The notes below the pieces were generated by a model. It had not been told where the DNA came from. It ran no database searches and was given only the letters and a program-made list of their open reading frames with translations. Shown one piece after another: positions 42,521 to 64,000 of a stretch of DNA of 64,000 nucleotides; position 1 is the stretch's first letter, and every line of letters begins with the position of its first letter. Both the position numbers and the translations under genes were made by a program. The DNA is from the human T2T-CHM13v2.0 reference genome, Homo sapiens. Location: assembly GCF_009914755.1 (NCBI RefSeq), contig NC_060944.1; one strand, written 5' to 3'.

Positions 42521-43030
42521 TTATTTCTCTTCCCTCTGTGGAGATCTGCTGCTCAGTGCTAGGAAAGATTCTCCCCAAGCACCTGGAAATAGTGGAGGAG
42601 GTGACAGCAGTGAGCTCATTTAATCGTCTTTCTGCAGTCACAGACCTCACTCATAGAAAAAAGCTGCCATGATCTTTGTCCACTCATTGGCATTTGGTTT
42701 TCTAGCTTAACTTTGAAGGGCTACAAATATATGTACAATTTAAACTGGATGACAATATTTTACTTTGCCTCTTCCCCAGAAAAGTTTAGCCAGCTTAAAA
42801 AATTGCATACAATGCAAAAGGATAACATGAATGTTTGAGAGAATGAAGGCAAAGGAGAAGCCACAATAGAAAAATAATGCAGGGGTAAGATGAGCTCAGC
42901 TCTGTAGGCTCGCTCCTAACACTGATCCTCTGCTGGAGTCACTCTGGCTGGCCTGCTATTCTGTGAAAATGCCGGGCACCCTTCTGCCTGTTCTTGCTCT
43001 TGCCTCTGCCAGGGACACTTTTGAAGATAA

Positions 43031-43698
<668 letters not shown>

Positions 43699-44249
43699 TG
43701 ATCCACCCACCTCAGCCTCCCAAAGTGCTGGGATTACAGGCATGAGCCCCTGCACTCGGCCAGTTCCTGACATCTTACTAGTTTTTTTGTTTAGTGTGTG
43801 CCTCCCCTCCCCCTACAATGTAAGTTCCGTGATGGCCTGCCTTGGCATCTTCTTTTACTGTTGCTGTACTCCTCATGTGTAGAACTGCCTGGTACATAGT
43901 GGATATTCAGTAATTATTTGTTGAGTGAGCACGCAGAAGTGCATATCATACAGATCTGTTTACTTGCCAGAAACAGATTTCAGATTTGACTCCTATCTCT
44001 TAATGGTGAAAAGAAATAAAAAAAACACAGGAGTTGCAAGATTCACTGTGTCCATCAGGCAAAACAAAAAGCTTATTTAGGAGAAACCTGATATGAAACT
44101 TGAAAGAAATGTTTCTTTTCAGTTCTCAATGAGTAATAATGTATGATACGGTAGAGAAGATTCCTGAAAGGATCATTACATTATTTATAACAACACATTT
44201 TGTCTCTTTTTAATTTGGACTTTATTGTATTCATAGCTTTAACTTTTTA

Positions 44250-44573
<324 letters not shown>

Positions 44574-44766
44574 TCAAATCATGTATTAACTATTATTTGT
44601 AATCCACTATGATTAAGACAGAATTTGGGGCTGGGCACAGTGGCTCACACCTGTAATCCCAGCACTTTGGAAGGCTGAGGCGGGTGGATCACGAGGTCAG
44701 GAGTTCGAGACCAGCCTGTCCAACATGGTGAAACCCCATCTCTACTAAAAATACAAAAATTTGCTA

Positions 44767-44943
<177 letters not shown>

Positions 44944-45841
44944 TTAGGTGAGCAGTTAATACCAATCAAAAGAAAATTTAAGATTGAAGTAGCTGTAAAG
45001 AATGATGAAGACCCTCATTCCCAGGAAATCAATTTCCATCTTTGGACAAATCTCAATACCAGAAACTGATTTAAAAAGAAAAGGTTGGGTGCGGTGGCTC
45101 ATGCATGTAATCCCATCACTTTGGGAAGCTGAAACAGGAGGACCTCTTGAGGCCAGGGGTTCGAGACCAGCCTGGGCAACATAGTGAGCCCTTGTCCCTA
45201 CTAAAATTTTTTTTTAAAAATTAGCAAGGCATGGTGGTGCACACTCGCTCGTAGTCCTGGCTACTCAGGAGGCTGAGGTAGGATGATTGCTAGCTAGAGT
45301 CCAGGAGTTCAGGATTAAAATGAGCTATGATCATACCACTGCACTCCAGCCTGGGTGACAGAGTCAAAATTTATCTCAAAGTAAGTGTTTAGATTGTGGT
45401 TTTTGTGCATAAATGAAAAAAAAAAATAGAAGAAGAAGAAAAAAGATAAAGCACATAATACTTTAAACATATTGATGCATATGAGTGATATGGGAAGAAT
45501 AAATTCAAATTTCAAAGTTGGAATTAATATAGGTATTATTATTTTGGAAGGGGAAATCTCAAACCTTTACACTAAATCAAAGAAAAAAATTCAGAATTTC
45601 AACCAGTCACCAAAGAAAGTGAAACACTGCATATCTACATGAGTATCTGAAACAGACAGAAACTAGACTAACTTCCATGAAATTAAATTCCATTAAAATA
45701 TTTCATTGAAATCCCCTTGAAATACGTTAACATATTCTGATCTAAAATGAAAAAAGATTTAACTATGTAATCTATGTAAGTTAGAATGCATATTCTATTT
45801 AGAGAGTTGATTAAGTAACATTGATATTATTTTATGAGGTG

Positions 45842-47015
<1,174 letters not shown>

Positions 47016-47126
47016 AAAAATAGTACTGAACCACTGTATTTCATGGAGAACAACACAGTGTGGTCAGTTAGACGTGCTGAGCTATAGTGTCTTGATCCCT
47101 GCTTTTTTGTTTGATTATGAACACAG

Positions 47127-47214
47127 GGCTCACGAGCAGCTAAATGTGAAACATGAACCACTCCAGCTCATCCAGCCTCAGTTTGAGACGCCGCTGCCAA
47201 CCCTTCAGCCTGCG
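47127..47214 (+). CDS. IFT52: IFT52 exon 11
   Basis: aacacag|G GCT CAC; AHEQLNVKHEPLQLIQPQFETPLPTLQPA (seen in ORF 46936..47334); donor GCG|GTGAGT. Confidence 0.96.
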
Positions 47215-48345
47215 GTGAGTAGGTGTGCTTGGGAGATCCCACTGCAGAGCCCCACTGTTGCCCTTATCTTGTCAGCAGGCATTCGCTGTGGTCCCTTCCA
47301 TGTGCCATTTGTGGCACTCCTTGTGGAGTCATAGTGCTCTGTCTCTAAACATGCATGGACACCAAATTTGTTAATGTTCTATAGAGACTTCCATGTGGTA
47401 TGCTTCCAAATTGAGGAATCAAGGATGTGGAGCCTTCTGGCTATTAAACATTTCCTATTCTCATCTTGTGGGGTTGGAGGGCATATATGAGATTTCTTGG
47501 ATAAAAAGGAAGAAAACTTTGTACTGCCATTCCAGGTGTCAGGGCCTGATTCATAACATAATTCTCACAGCCCAGGGGATAGTTATGGTCATGTGTGTAA
47601 ATAGGTTATTTTTCAACATTTCAGTCCAACATTCAACTTGCCTTTAAAATTACCTTGTCTCACCACATTCTGAAATGTTATGAGCCAGTTAGCTTGATCT
47701 TGCTTGGTAGCTTGAAATTGGCCATGGTGAGAGGATTTACATTACAGAAAATGGTAAATGCTACAAAACAGGCCTTCAGTTTTGTTTTGTTTTGAAAGTA
47801 GTTAAACATTTACCCGCATACCATTGGTTCATACCTACAAAATGTGACTCCAGGTTCAATACTTTCTACACTAATCTGCATCTGGTTCTCCAAATAACTT
47901 CCATCCCTAAAAACTTATGATTAAATGAGAAACAAGTTGTACAATCAAATGTTCAACACAAACCTAAGCCCCAAGCTTTGTGTCATCGTTCTGAGTTAAT
48001 TAGCATTGGTATGTCAGCTTGGTCAGTTTAGTGGTAATTAGAGCTGGTTCTACTTGGTTGTTTACAGTGGGCTAATAATCTTTCTTGGTATGGGTCTAAT
48101 GGGTGAGGGTAGACGAGGTGATGGGAGTTTGGGTATTTCATCCTCAGGGAAGAGCCGAGTTACTGTTCTGTAGGGGTTTCCATGTGGTGTGGTTCCCAAC
48201 TGAGGAATTAAGGATGTGAACTTCCTTATTCTCCTTGTGTCTTATCACTGTTAGTTATGATTTTGGACAAGCTCTTTCTTGAGAGACTTTATTTCCTTTA
48301 CCTTATCCTCCCTCATTTCTAAATAATGACTTTATTTCCTTTTAG

Positions 48346-48824
<479 letters not shown>

Positions 48825-48941
48825 TGAGAATTGCTATGAGAGACTGCTTAGAGTTTGTTTAGGGAAAACAAAATATGAATAGGAGTATAAACTTACCATT
48901 CTTATTTATGTCATGTAAATAATGTTGGTTGTTCTTCTCGA

Positions 48942-49100
48942 GGCTATTTAGTTCAGTGAATTAGAACATAGTGCCAAGCAGAAAGCCAAAGGTCTCAGCT
49001 TTGATCCCTGTGAGTCCTTAGTTCTGACCTATTGAGAGACCATAGAATTAATCTTGACCCTGGCTGCCACTTAGCAAATCTCAGTCAGTGGTCATAGGAG
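48942..49100 (+). mobile_element. Ancient tRNA-Ile-headed SINE (MamSINE1-like)
   Basis: GGCTATTTAGTTCAGTGAATTAGAACATAGTGC...GCCAAAGGTC...TTTGATCCCTGT follows tRNA-Ile(AAT) with decayed A and B boxes; the body (GACCATAGA...CCCTGGC...GCAAAT...TGGTCATA) resembles MamSINE1. Confidence 0.6.
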
Positions 49101-50710
49101 CAGCTAAATAAGGAAATTGAGTAAGGCCCAAAGAATGATAGAGACTTCAAATTGGACAGGATCTGAGAGAGAGCCAAGTGTGCCCACCTTGACATGTGGA
49201 TGAAGAAATGAGGCCCCAGGCCACACAGCTCCACGGTGAGTGGTCCTCCTGACTTTTGGTCTGGGGCTGCTCCTGACATGAATTGCCTCCAACACAGCAA
49301 ATGGGTCTGCACATATATGCTCAGAGGCATAAAATTAACCATCCACTTTGAGGCAGTGACCCCACTCCTGGAACTCTAATCTAAGGAGATTATATTTTTT
49401 TTTTTTTTGAGACAAAGTTTCACTCTTGTCGCCCAGCCTTGGGTGCAATAGTGCTATCTCAGCTCGAGGTAACCTCCGCCTCCTGAGTTCAAGCGATTCT
49501 CCTGCCTCAGCCTCCCAAGTAGCTGGGATTACAGTTGCCCACCGCCACGCATGGCTAATTTTTGTGTTTTTAGTAGAGATGGGGTTTTACCATGTTGGCC
49601 AAGCTGGTCTAAAACTCCAGACCTCAGGTGATCCACCCGCCTCAGCCTCCCAAAGTGCTGGGATTACAGGCATGAGCCACCACGTCCGGCCAACTTCTAC
49701 ACTATTTATTTTTAAAATACAATAAACTCGGGAGGCTGAGGTAGGAGGATCGCTTGAACTTAGGAATTTAAGACCAGTCTGGGCAACATAGCAAGACCCT
49801 GTCTCTAAAAATATATTTTAAAAAAATAACAATTTTTAAAAATAGAAAAAAACTATAAATTTGGGAATAGCTTTAATGTCCACTAGCAGAGTAATGGTCT
49901 TAAAATGCGTCACATTCATTTGGTAGGAGAATATGTAGTCATTATAAAAGAGGTTCACAAAGGCTAGGGAATGACACATATGACACAGACAGAATTTAAG
50001 AGAGAATCCTGAATGAAGAAAGCAAGATATAAAACTGCATGTACAAGAGGATACCAGCTATGTCAGTAACATCTGTATGTGCCCAAAGCCCAGAAAGAAG
50101 TAAGCAAAATGGAAACAGTTCAGTGTAAACGAAGACCTTTACTGCATCTCTCTTCTGTGGCAGGCATTGCTGTGGGTCCTGGGCAGTCAAAAATGAGCAG
50201 GACATAGTGATGAGTCCAGGAGGAATCACAGAACGGTGAAGAAGCAGCTTTGACTTGGCATTTCTGTTTCTAGCAACTGTCCTATGGAAATCCTTGTAGA
50301 AATGCAAGACAAAAAAGATATAGATATTAATTATAGCATTCAAAAAATTGGAAACAGTCTAATGGTCCATCCATCATTAGGGGGATTGGTTAAAAAGAGT
50401 ATGAAATAAGCCTGGGTCACATAGACCCCATCTCTACAAAAAAAAAAAAAAAAATTGCCTGAGCACGGTGGATCATGCCTATAATCTGAACACTTCAAAA
50501 AGCCAAGGCAGGAGGATCAGTTGAGGCTGGGATTTCAAGACCAGCTTGGACAACATAATGAGACCTTGTCTCAAAAAAACAAAAAAAAAGGCTGGGTGCA
50601 GTGGCTCACGCCTGTAATCCCGGCACATTGGGAGGCCAAGGTGGGCAGATCACCTGAGGTTGGGAGTTCAAGACCAGCCTGACCAACATGGAGAAACCCC
50701 TTCTCTACTA

Positions 50711-50914
<204 letters not shown>

Positions 50915-51438
50915 CTATATTCCTAGCTACTTGGAAGGCTGAGGTGGGAGGATCACTTGGGCCCAAGAGTTGGAGGCTGCAGTGAGCTATGATACACCTT
51001 GCACTCCAGCCTGGGTGACAAAGGACCCTGTTTCTGAAAAATAAATAAATAGAAACAAAATAGAATATTACATACCTGTTAAAAGAAAAATGTAGCCTGG
51101 GTGCGATGGCTCACACCTATAATCCCAGCACTTTAGGAGGCTGAGGCAAGAGGATCACTTGAGACCAGCCTGGGCAACACTGTGAGACCTCTTCTCTATA
51201 GAAGAATAAACAAAATTAGCCGGGCATGGTGGCTCACTCCTGTAGTACCAGCTACTCAGGAGGCCCAGGTGGGAGGATTGCTTGAGCCTAGGAAGTCAAG
51301 GCTGCAGTGAGCTAAGATTGTGCCACTGTCCTCTAACCTGGTTGACAGAGCGAGACCCTGTCTCAGAAAAGAAAAGGCCAGGCGCAGTGGCTCATGCCTG
51401 TAATCCCAGCACTTTGGGAGGCCGAGGCAGGTGGATCA

Positions 51439-51755
<317 letters not shown>

Positions 51756-51965
51756 CTATTCTAGTTTGATCCCATTTTTGTGAAAACTTACATTTACACA
51801 CAGAAGCATACATAGCAATAATAATTCTAGGTAGTTGGTGGCAGTAGAACTAGGATGAAACATTGATACAGCTGTGGGTTTGAATGTCTTAGTAAAAAAC
51901 ATACATTTCTATCAAAACTTAAAATGCAAATCAGAGGGAGAATAAATTAATTACAGCTGGGCTCA

Positions 51966-52302
<337 letters not shown>

Positions 52303-52448
52303 CTATCCTACATGTAGGGCTCCAGAGGATGGCTTCACAGAGCTATGTTGTTGGTGGAATTATGGGTGATTTTTTTCTTTAATTTTCTTTCTATAATATT
52401 GTTTGTTTTTTGGGGTTTTGTTTTGTTTTGTTTTGTTTTGAGACCTAA

Positions 52449-52931
<483 letters not shown>

Positions 52932-53679
52932 TGATCCGCTCACCTTGGCCTCCCAAAGTGCTGGGATTACAGGCGTGAGCCTTCACGCTCGGCTGTTTTG
53001 TTTTGTTTTGTTTGAGATGGAGTCTGTTCTGTTGCCCGGGGTGGAGTGCAGTGGCGCAATCTCTGTTCACTGCAACCTCCATCTCCCCAGTTGAGGTGAT
53101 TCTCCTGCCTCAGCCTCCCGAGTAGCTGGGATTACAGGCCTGCATCACCACATCTGGCTAATTTTTGTATTTTTAGTAGAGATGGGGTTTTGCCATGTTG
53201 GCCAGGCTGATCTTGAACACCTGACCTCAAGTGATCTACCTGCTTCAGCCTTCCAAATTGCTGGGATTACAGGCATGAGCCACCACGCCCAGCCAATACA
53301 ATATTGTTTTAGTAAATGCTATTTTTAATTACCCATATGCTTCTCTATAGTCATCTTTGTTGCATTCAGGGAATGATAATTTGATTTCCTACTGTTGCAC
53401 CTGTTCTTTCTAATGTAGGAATACTAGATCTGAGGAATAGGAAAGCCAGTACCAGTCCAGTTTTATTCTGATTAGGAGTGCTTTTATTATAAAAGCAGCA
53501 CATTAGAGAGCTCTAGGGTTTTTCAGTGTTGAAATCCTGTAGTCACATTACTTTAGGAAGAGGTGAGTGATCTTAGGAAATGTGGAAACATGACAGGGCA
53601 TACCTGAAACACACTAAGTCTGTACTTTGGGAAGGGCAGAAGTTAAGAATTAATCTAACTACTACTCCAACTGTCTTAG

Positions 53680-53825
53680 GTACTGAAGAAGACCTGGAAT
53701 TTTATGTCAGGAAGTGTGGTGATATTCTTGGAGTAACCAGTAAACTACCAAAGGACCAACAGGATGCCAAACATATCCTTGAGCACGTCTTCTTCCAAGT
53801 GGTGGAGTTCAAGAAATTGAACCAG
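53680..53825 (+). CDS. IFT52: IFT52 exon 13
   Basis: gtcttag|GT ACT GAA; [49 protein letters not shown] (seen in ORF 53580..53852); donor CAG|GTACAG. Confidence 0.96.
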
Positions 53826-53909
53826 GTACAGAGCCTACAAGGCACAGTGTAGTGGGAGCCCCTCCAGTACTGGTATCTTCCATGGACTGTGCTTGCCATG
53901 TTTTATGAC

Positions 53910-54990
<1,081 letters not shown>

Positions 54991-55977
54991 CCTTATGTAA
55001 GAAATGATTTTCTCAGGCCGGGCACCGTGGCCCACACCTGTAATCCCAGCAATTGGGAGCCCAAGGCGGGCAGATCACAAAGTCAAGAGATTGAGACCAT
55101 CCTGGCCAACATGGTGAAACCCCATCTCTACTAAAAATACAAAAATTAGCTGGGCGTGGTGGTGCATGCCTGTAGTCCCAGCTCCCATACTCGGGAGGCT
55201 GAGACAGGAGAATTGCTTGAACCTGGGAGGCGGAGGTTACAGTAAGCCAAGACCACACCACTGCAGTCCATCCAGCCTGGCGACAGAGCAAGACTCTGTC
55301 TCAAAAAAAAAAGAAAAAGAAATCATCTTTCTCTGACTGAGGACCAAGAACTTCAAAATTATCCCTGGCCTTCTTTTTTCCAAGGATTTCAAAAATTGAA
55401 TGCCCAACCAGCTTTGGTAAATAGGCATTCATACACTACTGATGGAGAATAAGTTGGTTCCACTTGTCTGGAGATATTTTTATAATACTGTTGAAAAGCC
55501 CTAAAATGTATATACCGTTGACCCATTCTAATCTTCAGAATTTGTTTTAATAATATAATTCGGAATACGTACAGATTTATCAACCAGGATTCTCAGTGCC
55601 ACATTATTTTATAGAAGAAAAATCTTCATCAATAGGGAACTGGTTAAGTATCCTAGGGTACATCCATAAGATAAAAAATGTTTTTAAAAATGTTTGGCCA
55701 GGAATGGTGGCTCACGCCTGTAATCCCAGCACTTTGGGAGGCTGAGGCGGGTGGATCACGAGGTCAGGAGTTCAAGACTAGCCTGACCAACATGGTGAAC
55801 CCTCCTCTCTACTAAAAATACAAAAATTAGCCAGGTGTGGTGGCGTGCACCTGTAGTCCCTGCTACTCAGGAGGCTGAGGCAGGAGAATTGCTTGAACCC
55901 GGGAGACAGAGGTTGGCAGTGAGCCAAGAACGTGCCATTGCACTCCAGCCTGGGAGACAGAGTGAGACTCTATCTCA

Positions 55978-56193
<216 letters not shown>

Positions 56194-56590
56194 TCAGGAG
56201 GCTGAGGCAAGAGATTCGCTTGAACCTGGGAGGCGGAGGTTGCAGTGAGCCAAGATTGCACCACTGTACTCCAACCTGGGCAACAGAGTAAGACTCAAAA
56301 AAAAAAAAGTTTAAGGACTTGGGAATACATTCGTGATACAGTAAATATGTGGTGGGGAGAGACTAAAGAACAGTATATAGAGAGATTCTACTTTCTTTAC
56401 AGAATACAATACACACATAGAATTATTTTGCATAATAAAAAAATAACATAAAGATATTTATCCTTGGGGCCCAGTGCGGTGGCTCACGCCTGTAATTAAT
56501 CCCAGCACTTTGGGAGGCCAAGGCAGGTGGATCACGAGGTCAGGAGATCGAGACCATACTGGCTAACACAGTGAAACCCCGTCTCTACTA

Positions 56591-57013
<423 letters not shown>

Positions 57014-57186
57014 TCATGCCACTGCACTCCATCCAGGGTGATAGAGTGAGACCCTGTTTAAAAAAAAAAAAAAAAGATAGTGTTTAATTTTTATTTTCCT
57101 TCTTTATTAAAATTTCTATAGTGGGCCGGGCGCGGTGGCTCACGCCTGTAATCCCAGCACTTTGGGAGGCCGAGGCAGGAGGATCA

Positions 57187-57423
<237 letters not shown>

Positions 57424-58131
57424 CTATAGTGACTGTGTCACTTTTGCAGCAAAAAAAGAGTGTTTTGTTGTTTAATGTAAGCAGGCAAAATTCAAGCTTA
57501 GGATTTCAGATGCTGAGTGGAAAGACCAATTAGGTTCTGAGCCTCTCCTGGAAGGAAGCTGGCTGTGCCGGATGCTCATTTGGCAGTGTTTTACTCTCCA
57601 CGTCTAGCATGGTGCTGGAGGCTGGGGCCATAGCAGTGAACAAGATGATTGCGGTTCTTGCTGTGCCTCTCAGAGCTCTGTGTAGTGGGAGACAGAAGTG
57701 TATTGGCAGTTACCGTGGTCTAAGTGCCATCCATGAAGGGAACCCAGAGATGAGGGTTTTGATGTGGCTGCTCAGCAGTGAATGATGGGATGGGAGGTCA
57801 GGTAGGTTCCCAGCAGTACTCACTCTGGTGGCATGCTAGGACAGACACCCGAGGCCAATATAAGAAGTCTGGTGTGGTCTTTGCACCAGTGCTTTCAACT
57901 CTGTTTGTTACTCATCATGGTGGGTGGTGGGCAGTGGTCACAAGCCCTGCCATGGTAGGGCAAAAGGATCAAAATTTGATCCTTGGGTTGGATTCAGCCC
58001 TAAAGCCAGATATTATGTATATGTCCTAATTAATAAAGATTCAGAATCTCTAAAGTCCAAAGCACTGAAGAGTTTACATTTCAGGCTTTATACTGAAATA
58101 CTAAAATTCTGTGTCTTATTCTCTCATCCAG

Positions 58132-58179
58132 GAACATGACATCGATACAAGTGAAACAGCATTCCAGAACAATTTCTGA
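58132..58179 (+). CDS. IFT52: IFT52 exon 14 coding part with stop codon
   Basis: catccag|GAA CAT GAC; EHDIDTSETAFQNNF then TGA at 58177-58179. Confidence 0.95.
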   Translation, partial: EHDIDTSETAFQNNF

Positions 58180-58381
58180 AGACCATGCCTCTTGAAGCTT
58201 TTTCTGCCTCCTGATTCTCTCTTTGTAAACTATTTTCAAATTGTTTTTCAACTCCTTATCAAAATTGTTTATACACTCTTTCCTCCATGAGCTCTGGAAG
58301 GTATATGCATCTTCTGTAATACTCAGATAGGTATAAGATTTTTCACAAAATCCTTATGTAAGATACATTCCATTTTTAAAA

Positions 58382-58387
58382 ATTAAA
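58382..58387 (+). terminator. Poly(A) signal ATTAAA of IFT52 (3'UTR ~230 nt)
   Basis: First canonical-class hexamer after the stop, with upstream TGTA elements and downstream T-rich sequence. Confidence 0.75.
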
Positions 58388-58621
58388 TGTATGGTTGCAT
58401 CTGTCTTTTTATACCCTATGAAACAGTCTTGATTTTTTTTTCTCAACCCCAGTTCTGGATTTGAGTCTTTTATCAAAGACATAATTAACTCTCAAGCTTG
58501 TTGTAAATACTGTACAGCTTTCTGGACCGGTTGAAAGGATACAACAGTGGCTGGACACGGTGGCTCACTCATGTAATCCCAGCACTTTGGGAGGCCGAGG
58601 CGGGCGGATCATTTGAGGTCA

Positions 58622-58825
<204 letters not shown>

Positions 58826-58944
58826 TCAAAAAAAAAAGGGGGGGATGGGAGGCTAGGTGCAGTGGCTCATGCCTGTAATCCCAGCACTTTGGGAGACCGA
58901 GTTGGGTGGATCACGAGGGCAGGAGATCGAGACCATCCTGGCTA

Positions 58945-59130
<186 letters not shown>

Positions 59131-59285
59131 TCAAAAAAAAAAAAAAAAAAGGATACAGAACTTAACCCATAGTCTGTTTACCCCACTGTACCTAAAGAAG
59201 AAGATAAAAGAGTAGACAGATACCTTCCTTATATAGATCTCATCCCTTCATCTCCCAGTTGCCCATAGGACACAACCATGTAGAG

Positions 59286-60741
<1,456 letters not shown>

Positions 60742-61183
60742 ATTTAGAAGCTGAGCCTGGGGAACAAAAGTGAAAGTCCATCTCTACAAAAATGAAAATT
60801 AGCCAGGTATAGTGGCACACACCTGTAGTCCCAGGTATTTGGGAGACTGAGGTGGCAGGATTGCTTGAGCCCAGGAGTTCAAAGCTGCACTAGCTATGAT
60901 CATACCACTGCACTCCAGAATGGGCCACCCATGCTTCTTCCCTGTCCTCTGGCTTCCTGAAGCACTCAGTTCTATCATCATCTTGGGTTATAATGTAGGG
61001 CCAAATTTAATCATCTGTTCCAAGGAGGCTAGAGGGTATTGTCATGGGACAATGGGAGAGACTGCACCTGTCAGAATGGTGCAGTTGGTGTATAGAAATG
61101 CACAGCAGTGTACTGACATACACAGATAACCAGCTTTGGGGAACTCTGAAAGCCAGATGGAAGGTTGCAGAGCCACTGAGGAT

Positions 61184-61266
61184 AGGAGAGGAGAGAAGGG
61201 AGAGGAGAGGAGAGGAGGGGAGGGGAGGGGAGGTGGGAGGAAAGGGGGGAGGGGGGAGGGGAGGAG
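61184..61266 (+). repeat. Polypurine (GA/G-rich) tract
   Basis: About 83 nt of purines with a single T; many G-runs of three or more. Confidence 0.9.
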
Positions 61267-61584
61267 CAATTCCCATTGCTGCACAATGGGAATAGTTTAG
61301 CTGGTGGGTTCTATAAAGATGGGAATGGTAGAAGGATGGTCATTTACAGAAGAGTTTGATACAACCCCAAGAGCAAATAATAAGGATGTGGACTAAGGTG
61401 GTATTATAGGAAAGGTGGCATTTTGAAACACTTTGGTCTGGGTGTTGAAAGTTAGATTGGCAAGATTTGGGGCTTGATTTCCTGGGACAGTGGGGGCAGC
61501 TATTAAAAGATGGGGAGTCTAGGCCAGGCACGGTGGCTCATGCCTGTAATCCCAGCAATTTGGGAGGCCGAGACGGGCAGATCA

Positions 61585-61860
<276 letters not shown>

Positions 61861-62257
61861 CTATGGCAATTAATACAGGTGGAAATAACTAGTAAATGGC
61901 TGGAAATCCCTAATTTAGGCTTAGAAAAGATGTCCAGTCTCAAGAGTGGAGTTGTTCATATGGAGTGGTTAATTAAAGTCATGAGAATCATTTGTCAAAG
62001 AGTAGTGTTAGAAATTTAAAAGCTTGGGAAGAACAGCTCAAGTCAAATCCTGAGTTTCAAATGATTTCTTCATGGTAAAGCTCTGTTCATAGGCTTCCAT
62101 TCTCTCCCATACTCAAGCCCTAGTACACGGCTTATTCAGAGTTGCCAGCCAGGGCAGGGCACTGGGGAACGGGGAAGCCACTCCAGGGGCAGAAGAATTT
62201 GGGGGCTCTAGCTCAAAGCTGGGAGATAAGCAGCTAGAGGACAGGCCTGGGGAGTGC

Positions 62258-63149
<892 letters not shown>

Positions 63150-63403
63150 TGATTTTTTTGAGACAGGGTCTTGCTCTGTTGCCCAGGCTGAAGTGCACTG
63201 GTGTGATCATAGCTCACTGTAACCTCAACCTCCTGGGCTCAAGCAATCCTCCTGCTTCAGCTTTCCGAGTAACTGGGACTACAGGTGTATGCTACCATAC
63301 CCAGCTAATTTTAAAAAATGTATTTTAAAATACATTGAGTGGCTGGGCGCAGTGGCTCATGCCCGTAATCCCAGCACTGTGGGAGGCTGAGGGGGGCAGA
63401 TCA

Positions 63404-63922
<519 letters not shown>

Positions 63923-64000
63923 GGCCGGGCGCGGTGGCTCACACCTGTAATCCCAGCACTTTGGGAGGCCGAGGCGGGTGGATCATGAGGTCAGGAGATC

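Noticed and set aside
48942-49015. Possible tRNA gene
   Set aside because: A/B boxes and stems are degenerate, with insertions in the anticodon region, and the sequence continues into a SINE body.

Overview
Primate, almost certainly human, genomic DNA holding the complete intraflagellar transport gene IFT52 on the + strand. It has a CpG-island promoter and non-coding exon 1 (~2130-2256), then 13 coding exons between 5901 and 58179. Joined by hand, these give 1314 nt = 437 aa + TGA, with GT-AG introns and consistent phases, followed by an ATTAAA poly(A) signal at 58382. The rest is extremely repeat-rich: about 100 Alu copies or fragments by eye, a full-length antisense SVA in intron 6, old L1/L2/MIR fragments, hAT MITEs, a MaLR LTR, a tRNA-headed ancient SINE, and an Alu-interrupted RPL27A processed pseudogene at the right edge. 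Nearly all ORFs in the supplied track are Alu/SVA artefacts. I do not see a new multi-gene system. The best leads are regulatory and evolutionary: (1) a 6-codon uORF whose stop-to-start spacing switches between 2 and 27 nt with alternative exon-1 donors; (2) a recursive-splice-type junction that could delete the start-codon exon; (3) an orphan L1 5'UTR fragment inserted without TSD or poly(A); (4) an unexplained 62-bp diverged duplication in intron 11; (5) an AT-rich minisatellite lying inside an Alu's target-site duplication. Repeat-family names and orthologue comparisons come from memory of consensus sequences, not from a database search.
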